Source: Candidatus Avispirillum sp. (GTDB lineage: Bacteria > Bacillota > Clostridia > Oscillospirales > CAG-272). From it: a stretch of 39,774 bases of DNA. The notes beneath the pieces were generated by a model. It did not search any database, was not told the DNA's origin, and was given only the letters and a program-made list of their open reading frames with translations. The DNA is taken from contig JAZUAR010000170.1 of the NCBI GenBank assembly GCA_045638055.1, forward strand, positions 1 through 39,774. The letters are read 5' to 3'. The translations under genes and the position numbers were made by a program. Positions within the stretch are counted from its first letter, which is position 1, and every line of letters starts with the position of its first letter. Below, piece by piece: positions 1 through 9,475 of this stretch.

Positions 1-208
1 TCATTACAGTCTTTCCCTCGGCGCTTTGAGGAAGCTCATCCCGAGCTCTCTTTTTTCCGTATTCACCCACAATATTGGGAATTACCGCAGCCTCCATAAA
101 TCTGTTTATAAACGTGGACTTTCCGCTCCGAACAGGACCCACAACACCAATATAAATATCGCCGCCGGTCCTCCCGGCAATATCCTTATATATTCTCTCT
201 GCTTTCAT
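1..208 (-). CDS. spoIVA: Stage IV sporulation protein A, N-terminal part (runs off the window edge; absent from the ORF track)
   Basis: Manual translation from ATG at 208: MKAERIYKDIAGRTGGDIYIGVVGPVRSGKSTFINRFMEAAVIPNIVGEYGKKRARDELPQSAEGKTVM, the characteristic SpoIVA N-terminus with Walker A (GPVRSGKS) and RARDELPQS; GGAGG RBS just upstream. Confidence 0.95.
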   Translation of the reverse strand, partial: MKAERIYKDIAGRTGGDIYIGVVGPVRSGKSTFINRFMEAAVIPNIVGEYGKKRARDELPQSAEGKTVM

Positions 209-236
209 ATTTGTCCTCCCAAAGATTTGTCATAAC

Positions 237-265
237 ATCTATATTCAACGGTGGCAAAAATATGC
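237..265 (-). promoter_or_regulatory. Putative sigmaE-type promoter of spoIVA
   Basis: Minus strand GCATATT-N13-AATATAGAT resembles the sigmaE consensus (KMATAWW-N14-CATACAHT); spoIVA is a known sigmaE target. Confidence 0.55.
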
Positions 266-270
266 AGAGA

Positions 271-303
271 AAAAGAAAAGAGACAGACTAAGTCTGTCTC
301 TTT
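271..303 (-). terminator. Intrinsic terminator downstream of the lipoprotein gene
   Basis: AAAGAGACAGAC-taa-GTCTGTCTCTTT inverted repeat (277-303) followed by a T-rich tract on the minus strand. Confidence 0.8.
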
Positions 304-317
304 AGCTTTTGAATCAA

Positions 318-992
318 TTATGCAACTTCCTCTGTATCGAGAATAGTTGTCTCGCCGAGGTCGATTGCGCTTGTTGTCTCAGCGTTGGGGTCAACTGTGC
401 TTTCAGCAGTTGTCTCGTTTCTGTTCTTGAAGCCGGATGTCCATGTGAACACGATAACGTCCTCAGAATATACACGAGTTACGCTCTGACGACCGGAATC
501 AGATTCCTTGTCGTTGATCTTGCACTGCCAGTAGTCGTAGTAACCCTTCTCAGAGTCTACACGCTCAGCCTCAGTAAGACCGAGAGCAGATGCAACGTAT
601 GTCTTGTCAGCGGAAAGCTCATAGTCCTTCTCGAACTTCTTAAGAGCAACCTCAACAGCTGTAAGAACTGTAGGAACGATCATAGCCTCAGTTACGTTAG
701 CGCCGTTTGCATCAGTTACAACACGGCCGTCAGCATCATATGTCTTTTCCTGAAGCTCTGTTGTACCCTCAAGCTCGGGAATATCATACTTGAAGATCTC
801 TTCGTATACGATGTTGCCCTCAGCATCAGTCTTGTATACAACGTTACCCTTTTCATCCTTACCCTCTTCTACGGGCTTACGGAAGATGATTGTTACGTTT
901 GTAGCTGTATCCTTCTTTGTACCGCAGGAAGCGATCATAGGAACGAGCATTACTACTGCGAGGATGAGACAAATAATTTTAATCTTGTTCAT
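318..992 (-). CDS. Lipoprotein with a DUF4430-like C-terminal domain
   Basis: Signal peptide with lipobox (VPMIAS-C); YWQCKINDKESDSGRQSVTRVYSEDVIVFTW resembles the YW..VNG...G.....L.DGD.I.W pattern of DUF4430; Thr/Glu-rich tail; GGAGGT RBS. Confidence 0.7.
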   Translation of the reverse strand: MNKIKIICLILAVVMLVPMIASCGTKKDTATNVTIIFRKPVEEGKDEKGNVVYKTDAEGNIVYEEIFKYDIPELEGTTELQEKTYDADGRVVTDANGANVTEAMIVPTVLTAVEVALKKFEKDYELSADKTYVASALGLTEAERVDSEKGYYDYWQCKINDKESDSGRQSVTRVYSEDVIVFTWTSGFKNRNETTAESTVDPNAETTSAIDLGETTILDTEEVA

Positions 993-1022
993 TGATGTTT
1001 ACCTCCAAAATTTACTGATATA

Positions 1023-1051
1023 AGTATAACTCACCTTTTGTAAATTGTCAA
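1023..1051 (-). promoter_or_regulatory. sigmaA promoter of the lipoprotein gene
   Basis: TTGACA-N17-TATACT on the minus strand. Confidence 0.8.
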
Positions 1052-1084
1052 GGTTTAGACAATATTTTTAACATACCAATGTTA

Positions 1085-1600
1085 TCAGATACACACCGAA
1101 AGCGAAATAATCTGAACGAAAAGCACAAGCTGCAAAAGCGCAAAGGAAAGAGCTGCCACCGATACCCATCTGTTCTTTATTTTGAGTATTATAACTGCGA
1201 GAACTGTGAAAAATCCGCAAGTTACCGTAAACAGCATTTCAAGAATCAGGCTGACACCGCCGAATATCATTTTATATTCAAGCAAAAGCAACACCGCAGT
1301 GCTGACCGTTAAAGCAACAGGTATAAGTCCTTCGCAATATATTTTCTGAGCATACAGCGAAAAATACAGAACTATACTGAAAAGTACGATTCTTAATATA
1401 TAGAAAACGCAGTAAAAAAGCTGTCCCGGGAATATCCCTCTCTGCCCCAAAGCATTATAAACAAGATGGGTGCCTCCCGATGTAAGTCTGATTATCAGAG
1501 AGCAAAGCAGCATCAGTAAAAGAATTATTATATACATCCTTGGTATATACATAACCCTCAAAGCGAGAAATCTGACTTTTCTCCAAAGCCTACAAAACAT
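1085..1600 (-). CDS. Integral membrane protein (about 5 TM; weakly TspO/MBR-like layout)
   Basis: Several hydrophobic segments; GAGGTG RBS favours the ATG at 1600 over the GTG at 1609; the YNALGQRGIFPGQLFYCVFYIL loop recalls TspO-like proteins only loosely. Confidence 0.6.
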   Translation of the reverse strand: MFCRLWRKVRFLALRVMYIPRMYIIILLLMLLCSLIIRLTSGGTHLVYNALGQRGIFPGQLFYCVFYILRIVLFSIVLYFSLYAQKIYCEGLIPVALTVSTAVLLLLEYKMIFGGVSLILEMLFTVTCGFFTVLAVIILKIKNRWVSVAALSFALLQLVLFVQIISLSVCI

Positions 1601-1604
1601 AAAA

Positions 1605-1646
1605 ATCACCTCATATAAGAATATGAGGTGATCTTATATTTTATTC
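1605..1646 (-). promoter_or_regulatory. Putative sigmaE promoter overlapping a 12-bp inverted repeat (also the likely end of the PBP transcript)
   Basis: Minus strand GAATAAA-N14-CATATTCT; inverted repeat ATCACCTCATAT-aaga-ATATGAGGTGAT at 1605-1632. Confidence 0.55.
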
Positions 1647-1648
1647 TG

Positions 1649-4240
1649 TTACTGATGAGCTGAGCAGGCGCAGTTATACTGCTTTTCGCCCTGGCTTCTG
1701 CCTACTACCTTACCCTCGGGAATAGCATAGTAATAATATGCAAATCCAACGTAGGTAGGATATCTTGTAACGTCACCGAGGCTTCTGTAGGTATACTGAG
1801 CATCGGTGATAGTAACCTGACAGTTAAACATTCTGGACTCGTTTCTCACAAGTGCTACCTGCTTGATGTTTTCCTTAGGACACTTATCTGTTGCAATTGC
1901 GCCTGTTACCTTATCGTAATTAACAAGCACGTGAACGTCACAGGTTGCGGTGGGCACGGAATCCATTGTGAAGAAGCCCTTTTCGCTTCTATTGCCTCTG
2001 GGGTCGTGAGCGCAGGCCTCGCCGAGAAGCATACCGGAATCCTTACAGTAGGTTACCTCCTGAAGATTCTTTGAATAATCGAAGGTCTTGATCTTCTCGC
2101 CTGTTGCTGCAGATTTTGCTTCGATCTTATCCTGAAGCTTATTCATGACCTTATCCCATACGATAACGGAAGGGCTGGTGCCGAAATCGGAAAGAGCCTG
2201 GTTCATATCGTAGCCGAACCAGCATCCCGCAACGTAGTAGGGTGTATATCCTACAAAGGTACGGTCAAAGTCTGCAGTTGTTGTACCTGTCTTACCTGCA
2301 ACGTTAACTCTCTGGTCAAGAGTTACTGCAGTAGCAGTACCGGAGGAAACTACCTTTTCCATCATCATTGTCATGATATCCGCAGATTCCTCGCTGATAG
2401 CCATCTCATATTCAGGCTCGTTTTTGAGGATCACGTTACCCTCGTTATCGCGAACCTCGTACCAAAGTCTTGACTTGCAGAAAATACCGTCATTCTGGAA
2501 CATACCGTAAGCAGCTGTAAGCTCCCAGAGGGTGATACCGTAGGAGAACTGACCGAGAGCAAGAGGAGCCTCTGCCTTGTCGCTGATAGTGTATCCGCTT
2601 GCTGTTGTATAAGACTCAACAAGGCTTTCCACGTTAAGAGTTTCCTTAAGGAAATCGAAGGAATACTCAATACCAACGTCGCGAAGGATCTTTACGGCGC
2701 AGGTGTTTACAGATCTTCTGAGAGCATCCTGCACGGTTGTATATCCACCGTAAACGTCGGGAAGGTTGTGGGGCCACATTGTACCGTCATCTACTGTTGT
2801 AACGGGACAGTCGTCATAAACTGTACCCATTGTGGCAACACCTGTATCAATAGCAGGTCCGTAAACGGAAATAGGCTTGATGCTTGATCCAACGGGACGC
2901 TTTGCCTGAGTTGCGCGGTTAAGGATTCTTGACTGGGACTTCTCGCCGCGGCCACCCGCAAGACCGAGAACGTCACCTGTATAGGGGTCGATTATAATGA
3001 TAGAAGACTCGGGCTGAAGACCGTCTGTTGCATAGGGGAAATAGCCGTCCTCCTTGCCATCGTTTGTATATACCTCATCGATAACTGCCTGTACCTCGGG
3101 ATCCATACAGGTATAGATCTGGAGACCGCCGGTATAGATCATAAGGCTTGCAACGTATTCCGTATAGCCGTACTCCTCAACAAGGGCCTTCTGCACGTTT
3201 TCAATAACTGCATCAGTGTACCAGGAGTTTACGTTTTCTGCCTTTTCGGGAGCCTTATCCTCTTCTGTCTTATTAATACCTGCAAGAACAAGCTCAGTAT
3301 CCCATGCCTTATCGAATTCCTTATCGGAGATCTTTCCGTAAAGATTCATTGTGTAAAGAACTGTTCTGCGGCGGGCACGGTTACCGGCCTCTTCCTTTTC
3401 ACCGTCTTCATTTTCTTTATAAAAAATATCGTGATAAATCGGCTCGTACTGGGAGGGATTCTTAACGATTCCGGCAAGGGCAGCGCATTCAACAATAGTA
3501 AGCTCGCCGACGTCCTTATCGAAATAAGTATTTGCCGCTGCCTGAACACCGTAGCAGTTATTACCGAGGAATACGATATTCAGATACATTTCAAGGATAT
3601 CCTCCTTGCTCATCTCCTCTTCAAGCTGGAGAGCGCGGAAGATTTCTTGAACCTTTCTCTGAACTGTTGCTTCGTTATCTCCTGTCAGGTTCTTAACAAG
3701 CTGCTGTGTAATTGTAGATCCGCCGTAATCACCGTCACCGAAGAAATATCCAAGCATAGCGCCGGCAGTTCTTTTCCAGCTAACACCGTTATGTGAGAAG
3801 AACGTATGGTCCTCTACAGAAACAAATGCATCAATAAGATGCTGAGGCATCTGCTCGTATGATACCCAGATACTGTTGTCTGTGCTGTAAAGACGCTGGT
3901 CCTCAAGCTCAACGGGAGTTCCGTCCTCATTGATTCTCGCATCCTCGTCCTCATAATCCATATAGTAAAGTCTTGTTGTCGTATCGGCACTTGCCGCCGC
4001 AAACAATGAGGAATCGATTTTCGGGTCTACGTAGTTCTTTATATAAATACAGAAAACTGTTCCCACAATGATACCGCAGGTCGTGCCTATAAGCATCAGG
4101 GTAAGGAGAACGTTCATTATATAGGAAAGGACTCTGAGTGATATCTTTCCCACAAGGGCAAGGATTGCCAGTGCCTTCTCCTTCTTTTCCTTATTATCGG
4201 AATTTTCCGTATTTTTATTTATATTTTTGATATCGGCCAT
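1649..4240 (-). CDS. Class A penicillin-binding protein (PBP1A family, transglycosylase-transpeptidase)
   Basis: N-terminal TM anchor; GT51 motifs EDHTFFSHNG, GGSTITQQLVKN, RKVQE, KEDILEMYLN; transpeptidase motifs SSIK, SVN, KTGT. Confidence 0.95.
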   Translation of the reverse strand: MADIKNINKNTENSDNKEKKEKALAILALVGKISLRVLSYIMNVLLTLMLIGTTCGIIVGTVFCIYIKNYVDPKIDSSLFAAASADTTTRLYYMDYEDEDARINEDGTPVELEDQRLYSTDNSIWVSYEQMPQHLIDAFVSVEDHTFFSHNGVSWKRTAGAMLGYFFGDGDYGGSTITQQLVKNLTGDNEATVQRKVQEIFRALQLEEEMSKEDILEMYLNIVFLGNNCYGVQAAANTYFDKDVGELTIVECAALAGIVKNPSQYEPIYHDIFYKENEDGEKEEAGNRARRRTVLYTMNLYGKISDKEFDKAWDTELVLAGINKTEEDKAPEKAENVNSWYTDAVIENVQKALVEEYGYTEYVASLMIYTGGLQIYTCMDPEVQAVIDEVYTNDGKEDGYFPYATDGLQPESSIIIIDPYTGDVLGLAGGRGEKSQSRILNRATQAKRPVGSSIKPISVYGPAIDTGVATMGTVYDDCPVTTVDDGTMWPHNLPDVYGGYTTVQDALRRSVNTCAVKILRDVGIEYSFDFLKETLNVESLVESYTTASGYTISDKAEAPLALGQFSYGITLWELTAAYGMFQNDGIFCKSRLWYEVRDNEGNVILKNEPEYEMAISEESADIMTMMMEKVVSSGTATAVTLDQRVNVAGKTGTTTADFDRTFVGYTPYYVAGCWFGYDMNQALSDFGTSPSVIVWDKVMNKLQDKIEAKSAATGEKIKTFDYSKNLQEVTYCKDSGMLLGEACAHDPRGNRSEKGFFTMDSVPTATCDVHVLVNYDKVTGAIATDKCPKENIKQVALVRNESRMFNCQVTITDAQYTYRSLGDVTRYPTYVGFAYYYYAIPEGKVVGRSQGEKQYNCACSAHQ

Positions 4241-4324
4241 AGCTACCTCCGTATCTTTTATTGAATAGATTATAACCTGAAATTATGAACTTTGTATGAA
4301 ATCGGGAAAATGTTTACAAAGCAC

Positions 4325-7300
4325 TCATTTTATTACAACGTTTGCATCGCCGAGAATGTCTTTCAGCTCTCCCACGGTAAACGCGTTTACCATAGCTCCG
4401 CTTCCCTTCAATGCCACAGCCTTTGCCGTAGACGAATCATAAATAACAACGGGAACTGTGCCGCTGAAAATGGAAAGAAAGGCTGTAACTCTTGAAAACT
4501 CTGAAGAATCCGTTGAAGGAACCTTCAAATAGAGCTTCATATCCTTGATATCCTTTTTCTGCACCTTAGGTGTACGGGATTTGGGAAACTGAGGAGCTCT
4601 TCCGTCGGGAGAAAGGAATGAAGCGTCATTCATAAGAATCTTTGGGTCTTCATCCTCTTTTGCGGAGATCTTACCCGTTACTGCAACGGGGCTGTCCGTT
4701 GTGAGAAGATGTCCGTACTCCGAAAGCACCTTCGGGAAAACGATGACCTCAATGGATCCTGTGGAATCCTCAAGGGTAACAAACGCCATGTGATCGCCGC
4801 CTCGAGTGTTCTTATTGGTGCGGGAAGAGACAGTAGCACAGATGCAGACCTGCTGATTCTCCCTGTACTTCTCTTCTCCGTCCTCCTGGAAGGAGCGCAA
4901 TATCTCACCGATTGAGTCGGGATTTAAAAGCTTTACGTTTTCCTTATAGTCATCAAGAAGATGACCTGAAAGGAACATTCCCGAAGCTTCCTTTTCAAGG
5001 CGAAGCTTTTCCTTTGTTGTGAACTCGGGGATCTCGGGAAACTCTGTTTTCGGCATTTTCAGCTCCTCATCAGATACCATTGAGAAAAAGTCAAGCTGTC
5101 CCTCAAGCTGTGCGGGGCCTGTTCTTTCCATAAGGCTTTCGTATACCGCAAGCATTCTGCTTCTGTATACACCGAGAGAGTCAAGTGCGCCGGATTTTAT
5201 AAGGGCCTCCATCTGTCGCTTATTGATGGAAAGCTTTTCCATACGCTTTAGAAAATCATCAAAATCGGAAAATTCTCCGTTTCGCTCTCTTTCGAGAACA
5301 AGCTCATTAATAAAGGCAACGCCTATATTTTTGAGTGCTGCAAGACCAAAGCGGATTCCTCCGTCCTCAGCGCGAAAATCTGCTCGGCTGCGGTTAACGT
5401 CGGGAGGAAGGACCTTGATGCCTCTCTTCTGACAATCGGAAAGATATTCTGCAATCTTATCGGGGCTTCCGAGAACTGACGTGATAAGAGCGCAGTTATA
5501 TTCAAGATGATAATGGGCCTTAAGGTATGCAGTTCTGTATGAGGTTACGGCATATGCCGCGGCATGGCTTTTATTGAAGGCATAGTTTGCAAAATCTGCA
5601 ATGTCCTCAAAAAGCTTCTCAGCATCCGCAGTTGTGAGTCCTCTTTCGGAGGCGCCTGCAATAAAGGCATCCTTTTCGCGCATAAGCTCATCTGCGTGCT
5701 TTTTTGAAATAGCACGGCGGACGATATCCGCGTGGCCGAGCGAATAGCCTGCAACAGACTGGAATATCTGCATTACCTGCTCCTGATAAACTATACAGCC
5801 GTAGGTAGGCTCAAGGATAGGTCTGAGGAGCGGTGAGGCATAATCATCTCTCTTGCCCGAATGGCGGGCTTCTATATACTTGGGAATGGAGCTCATGGGT
5901 CCGGGACGGTAAAGGGCGATTGCCGCAATAATATCCTCAATGGACTCGGGGCGAAGCTGTGTCAGCATCTGCTTCATTCCCCCTGACTCAAGCTGGAAAA
6001 CACCGTCCGTTGCTCCCTTGGAGATGAGCTGATAAGTCGCCTTATCATCAAATCCAACGGATGCAAGAGAAAAATCGGGGTTCTTTTCGCGTATCAGCTT
6101 TTCGCAGGAATCTATAATAGTCAGGTAACGGAGAGCAAGGAAATCGAATTTCAGAAGTCCAAGCTCTGCTACCGTGTTCATATCAAACTGAGTAACGGCA
6201 ATGCCGTTATTTTTTGCAAGGGGTACGTGGTCTGTCAAGGGGCGCTCGGTGATAACAACGCCTGCCGCATGGGTGGATGCGTGTCTGGGCATACCCTCGA
6301 GAGCGCGGCTGACGTCAAGAAGCTTTCTCGTATCGTGGGAAGAAATATACGCCTCATGAAGCTCCTTTGTTTTAAGAGCCTCCTCAAGAGTTATATTAAG
6401 CTCCCTCGGGATTAGCTTTGCTACTGCATCAACGTCGCCGTATGGCATTCCAAGTGCTCTGCCGACGTCTCGGACAACAGCCCTTGCCGCCATTGTACCG
6501 AATGTTATAATCTGAGCTGTGTGGTCCTCGCCGTATTTATTACGGACGTAGTCTATTGCCTCATCTCTTCTGTCATAGCAGAAGTCGATATCAAAGTCGG
6601 GCATGCTCACACGCTCAGGATTAAGGAATCGCTCAAAGAGAAGGTCAAAGGTGAGGGGGTCAATATCGGTAATACCGATAAGATAAGCAACAAGGCTTCC
6701 CGCACCGCTTCCTCGGCCGGGACCTACGGGGATTCCCTGAGACCTTGAATGATGAACAAAGTCCCAAACTATAAGAAAATACTGGCTATAGCCCATCTTT
6801 CCGATAACGGAAAGCTCATATTCGATTCGATCAGTATACTCTTTTTCAGTATGCTTAGAATAATCGATATATCCGCTTTTTACCTTGCTTTCAAGACCAT
6901 TATAGGTTACGCTTTTAAGATATTCCTCGGGAGAGAGCCCCTCGGGACACTTATAGGACGGCAGATAGGTATGGCCAAATTCAAAGTCAAAGTTACATTT
7001 TTCTGCAATTTCAGCAGTATTGGATATTGCCTCGGGATGAGCGGAAAACAGCTTTTCCATTTCATCAGATGATTTCAAATAAAACTCATCCGTCTCAAAG
7101 CCCATAGGCTTTCCGTCATTGATACAGCTGCCCGTCTGGATACACATAAGTATAGCCTGAGCCTCGCTGTCCTCGCGGCGAAGATAATGAACGTCATTCG
7201 TTGCAACGAGAGGAATGGAAAGCTCCTCGGACATTCTGTAAAGAGCGCGGTTTACAAAATCCTGGTCCTCAAGACCGTGGTCCTGCACCTCAAGATAGAA

Positions 7301-7807
7301 ATCCTCGCCGAAAATCCCCTTCATTTCAAGAGCATATCGGCAGGCGCCCTCATAATCTCCCGCAACTATTCTTTTTGGGATATATCCGCCAAGACAAGCA
7401 GAGAGCGCTATAAGGCCCTCGGAATGGTCACGGAGCAGGTCCATATCAATTCTCGGCTTTACGTAAAAGCCGTTGATAAAGGCCTCAGAAACCATAGAAA
7501 TCAGGTTTTGGTAGCCCTTTTCGTTCTTACAGAGCAGAACAAGATGGCAGGAGTGTCCGTCGCCGGTTGCGCTTCTTTCAAAGCGGGAGCCGTTTGCGCA
7601 GTAGACCTCGCAGCCGATGATGGGCTTAATGCCCTCTTTTTTACAAGCCTTATAAAAGGCAACGGCGCCGTACATTACGCCATGGTCGGTAAGAGCGCAG
7701 GCTGTCTGCCCCGCTTCCTTTACCGCCCTCGGGATATCGGAAATGCGGCAGGCACCGTCAAGAAGACTGTATTCACTGTGAAGATGAAGATGAACAAAAT
7801 CAGCCAT
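4325..7807 (-). CDS. dnaE: DNA polymerase III alpha subunit
   Basis: PHP domain HLHLHSEYSLLDG, GPGRGSGAGS, RVSMPDFDIDF, FNKSHAAAY, C-terminal OB fold; 1160 aa. Confidence 0.98.
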   Translation of the reverse strand: MADFVHLHLHSEYSLLDGACRISDIPRAVKEAGQTACALTDHGVMYGAVAFYKACKKEGIKPIIGCEVYCANGSRFERSATGDGHSCHLVLLCKNEKGYQNLISMVSEAFINGFYVKPRIDMDLLRDHSEGLIALSACLGGYIPKRIVAGDYEGACRYALEMKGIFGEDFYLEVQDHGLEDQDFVNRALYRMSEELSIPLVATNDVHYLRREDSEAQAILMCIQTGSCINDGKPMGFETDEFYLKSSDEMEKLFSAHPEAISNTAEIAEKCNFDFEFGHTYLPSYKCPEGLSPEEYLKSVTYNGLESKVKSGYIDYSKHTEKEYTDRIEYELSVIGKMGYSQYFLIVWDFVHHSRSQGIPVGPGRGSGAGSLVAYLIGITDIDPLTFDLLFERFLNPERVSMPDFDIDFCYDRRDEAIDYVRNKYGEDHTAQIITFGTMAARAVVRDVGRALGMPYGDVDAVAKLIPRELNITLEEALKTKELHEAYISSHDTRKLLDVSRALEGMPRHASTHAAGVVITERPLTDHVPLAKNNGIAVTQFDMNTVAELGLLKFDFLALRYLTIIDSCEKLIREKNPDFSLASVGFDDKATYQLISKGATDGVFQLESGGMKQMLTQLRPESIEDIIAAIALYRPGPMSSIPKYIEARHSGKRDDYASPLLRPILEPTYGCIVYQEQVMQIFQSVAGYSLGHADIVRRAISKKHADELMREKDAFIAGASERGLTTADAEKLFEDIADFANYAFNKSHAAAYAVTSYRTAYLKAHYHLEYNCALITSVLGSPDKIAEYLSDCQKRGIKVLPPDVNRSRADFRAEDGGIRFGLAALKNIGVAFINELVLERERNGEFSDFDDFLKRMEKLSINKRQMEALIKSGALDSLGVYRSRMLAVYESLMERTGPAQLEGQLDFFSMVSDEELKMPKTEFPEIPEFTTKEKLRLEKEASGMFLSGHLLDDYKENVKLLNPDSIGEILRSFQEDGEEKYRENQQVCICATVSSRTNKNTRGGDHMAFVTLEDSTGSIEVIVFPKVLSEYGHLLTTDSPVAVTGKISAKEDEDPKILMNDASFLSPDGRAPQFPKSRTPKVQKKDIKDMKLYLKVPSTDSSEFSRVTAFLSIFSGTVPVVIYDSSTAKAVALKGSGAMVNAFTVGELKDILGDANVVIK

Positions 7808-7824
7808 TGCCGCACTCCTTTCAT

Positions 7825-8559
7825 TTAATCTTTTGCTTTAATTTCTTCGTAGAAATCTACTATTTTATCAAGTCTGTGCTTGACTCCCGATTTTGAAATG
7901 GGAGGGTTATGTAAAAGTCCGAGGTCTGCCATTGAAGCCTGAGTATTTTCATATCTCAGCTCGGCAGTTTCGCGAAGATCTGCAGGCAGGCGGATAAATG
8001 ATCCGCTTTCCTTCATTTCTCCAATTATTTCAATATGCTTTCCTGCGGCAGAGAGAGTTTTCTTGATGTTTGCCATATCGCAATTCATCTGGCGGTTTGC
8101 ATCGCCTCTCACTTCTCTCAAGATTTTTGAGTTCATAAGATCGAATGCAAGCTTGTTTGCACCGATAACAGCAAAGAAATCCTCGATCTGTGTGCTGTCC
8201 TTGATATAAAGGAGAAAACGGTTCTTTCTCTTTCCCTTTTTCATAGACATTCCGTTATCCTCAAGGATATCACAAACACAGTCCCTCTCCTCCTCGCTGA
8301 CGAAGGAAAGCTCAAGGTGATAGGATTTTTCGGGATTTGTTACGTTGCCGCAGGCAACAAAGAGTCCCTTTAAAAAATAGGTAAAGCAGGAAGCACATTT
8401 AAAGTGATTCGGGGCTTCGGAAAGCCTCGCTACTCTCTCCTCACCCTCGCTATAGGTAAGCTCAAGTATATCTGAGAGCATTCGTGCACAGCACTTCTTT
8501 TTCTTTTCCGCGCTGTCAAGGAGCGCATCCTTGGCAGCCTTTGAATATGATCCCGTCAT
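7825..8559 (-). CDS. whiA: DNA-binding protein WhiA (short form)
   Basis: FLKGLFVACGNVTNPEKSYHLE, NRQMNCDMANIKKT, and C-terminal HTH PPISKSGVKHRL. Confidence 0.9.
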   Translation of the reverse strand: MTGSYSKAAKDALLDSAEKKKKCCARMLSDILELTYSEGEERVARLSEAPNHFKCASCFTYFLKGLFVACGNVTNPEKSYHLELSFVSEEERDCVCDILEDNGMSMKKGKRKNRFLLYIKDSTQIEDFFAVIGANKLAFDLMNSKILREVRGDANRQMNCDMANIKKTLSAAGKHIEIIGEMKESGSFIRLPADLRETAELRYENTQASMADLGLLHNPPISKSGVKHRLDKIVDFYEEIKAKD

Positions 8560-9458
8560 TTTACGAAGATGACCTCACATTCAAGCATAACGTCGTATGC
8601 TTCTTTAACCTTAGCCTGGATATGGGCAATAAGGTCGAGAACGTCCTTTGCAGTTGCACCGCCTCGGTTGATAATAAAGCCTGCGTGCTTTTCGGAAACC
8701 TGAGCGCCGCCGACAGTATAGCCCTTAAGACCCAGCTCCTCTACCATCTGACCAACAAATCTGCCCTCGGGGCGCTTGAAAACGCTGCCTGCAGAGGGAT
8801 ATTCGAGAGGCTGCTTATCGCGGCGTCTGCCCATAATGTCTTCCATATAGGCACGGATCTCTTCCTTATCACCTGACTTAAGCTCGAAGGTTGCGGAAAG
8901 AATGACCCTCTCGGGATTTTTCTTATATACGCTTGTTCTGTATCCGAATTCGTGGTCATCGCCCTCGGTATAAAGGATATGATCGGTTGCAGGGTCAAAG
9001 CAGGAGCTAGACTCGAGGCAATCGGAAACCTGACCGCCGTATGCGCCTGCGTTCATAAACACAGCGCCGCCTACAGAGCCGGGGATTCCGTATGCAAATT
9101 CAAGACCTGAAAGTCCTGCATCGCGGGCTACTGCCGCAATATGAGTAAAGGATGCGCCTGCATCTGCTGTGAGAGTGTTTCCTAAAACACTTACAGATGT
9201 GAGCTTTTCGGTAGATATAATAACGCCCGAAAATCCCTCGTCTGCAAAGAGAATATTACTTCCCTTACCGAGAATATATGTGCGAATACCCTCGCTTTTT
9301 GCCTCATTATAGGCATCGCGAAGAGAATCTGCACTTTCGGGAGTTACGAAAAGTGCGCAGGGACCTCCGATTCTGAAGGATGAGTGACGAGAAAGAGGCT
9401 CGTTCTCGCAAAAAGGAATATCTCTGTCACACAAAAATTCAATATAATTCTTATACAT
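8556..9458 (-). CDS. murB: UDP-N-acetylmuramate dehydrogenase
   Basis: SFRIGGP, GKGSNIL, GIPGSVGGAVFMNAGAYG, QPLEYPSAGSVFKRP, SEKHAGFIIN. Confidence 0.97.
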   Translation of the reverse strand: MYKNYIEFLCDRDIPFCENEPLSRHSSFRIGGPCALFVTPESADSLRDAYNEAKSEGIRTYILGKGSNILFADEGFSGVIISTEKLTSVSVLGNTLTADAGASFTHIAAVARDAGLSGLEFAYGIPGSVGGAVFMNAGAYGGQVSDCLESSSCFDPATDHILYTEGDDHEFGYRTSVYKKNPERVILSATFELKSGDKEEIRAYMEDIMGRRRDKQPLEYPSAGSVFKRPEGRFVGQMVEELGLKGYTVGGAQVSEKHAGFIINRGGATAKDVLDLIAHIQAKVKEAYDVMLECEVIFVK

Positions 9459-9475
9459 AAGTATCTGCTCCTTCC

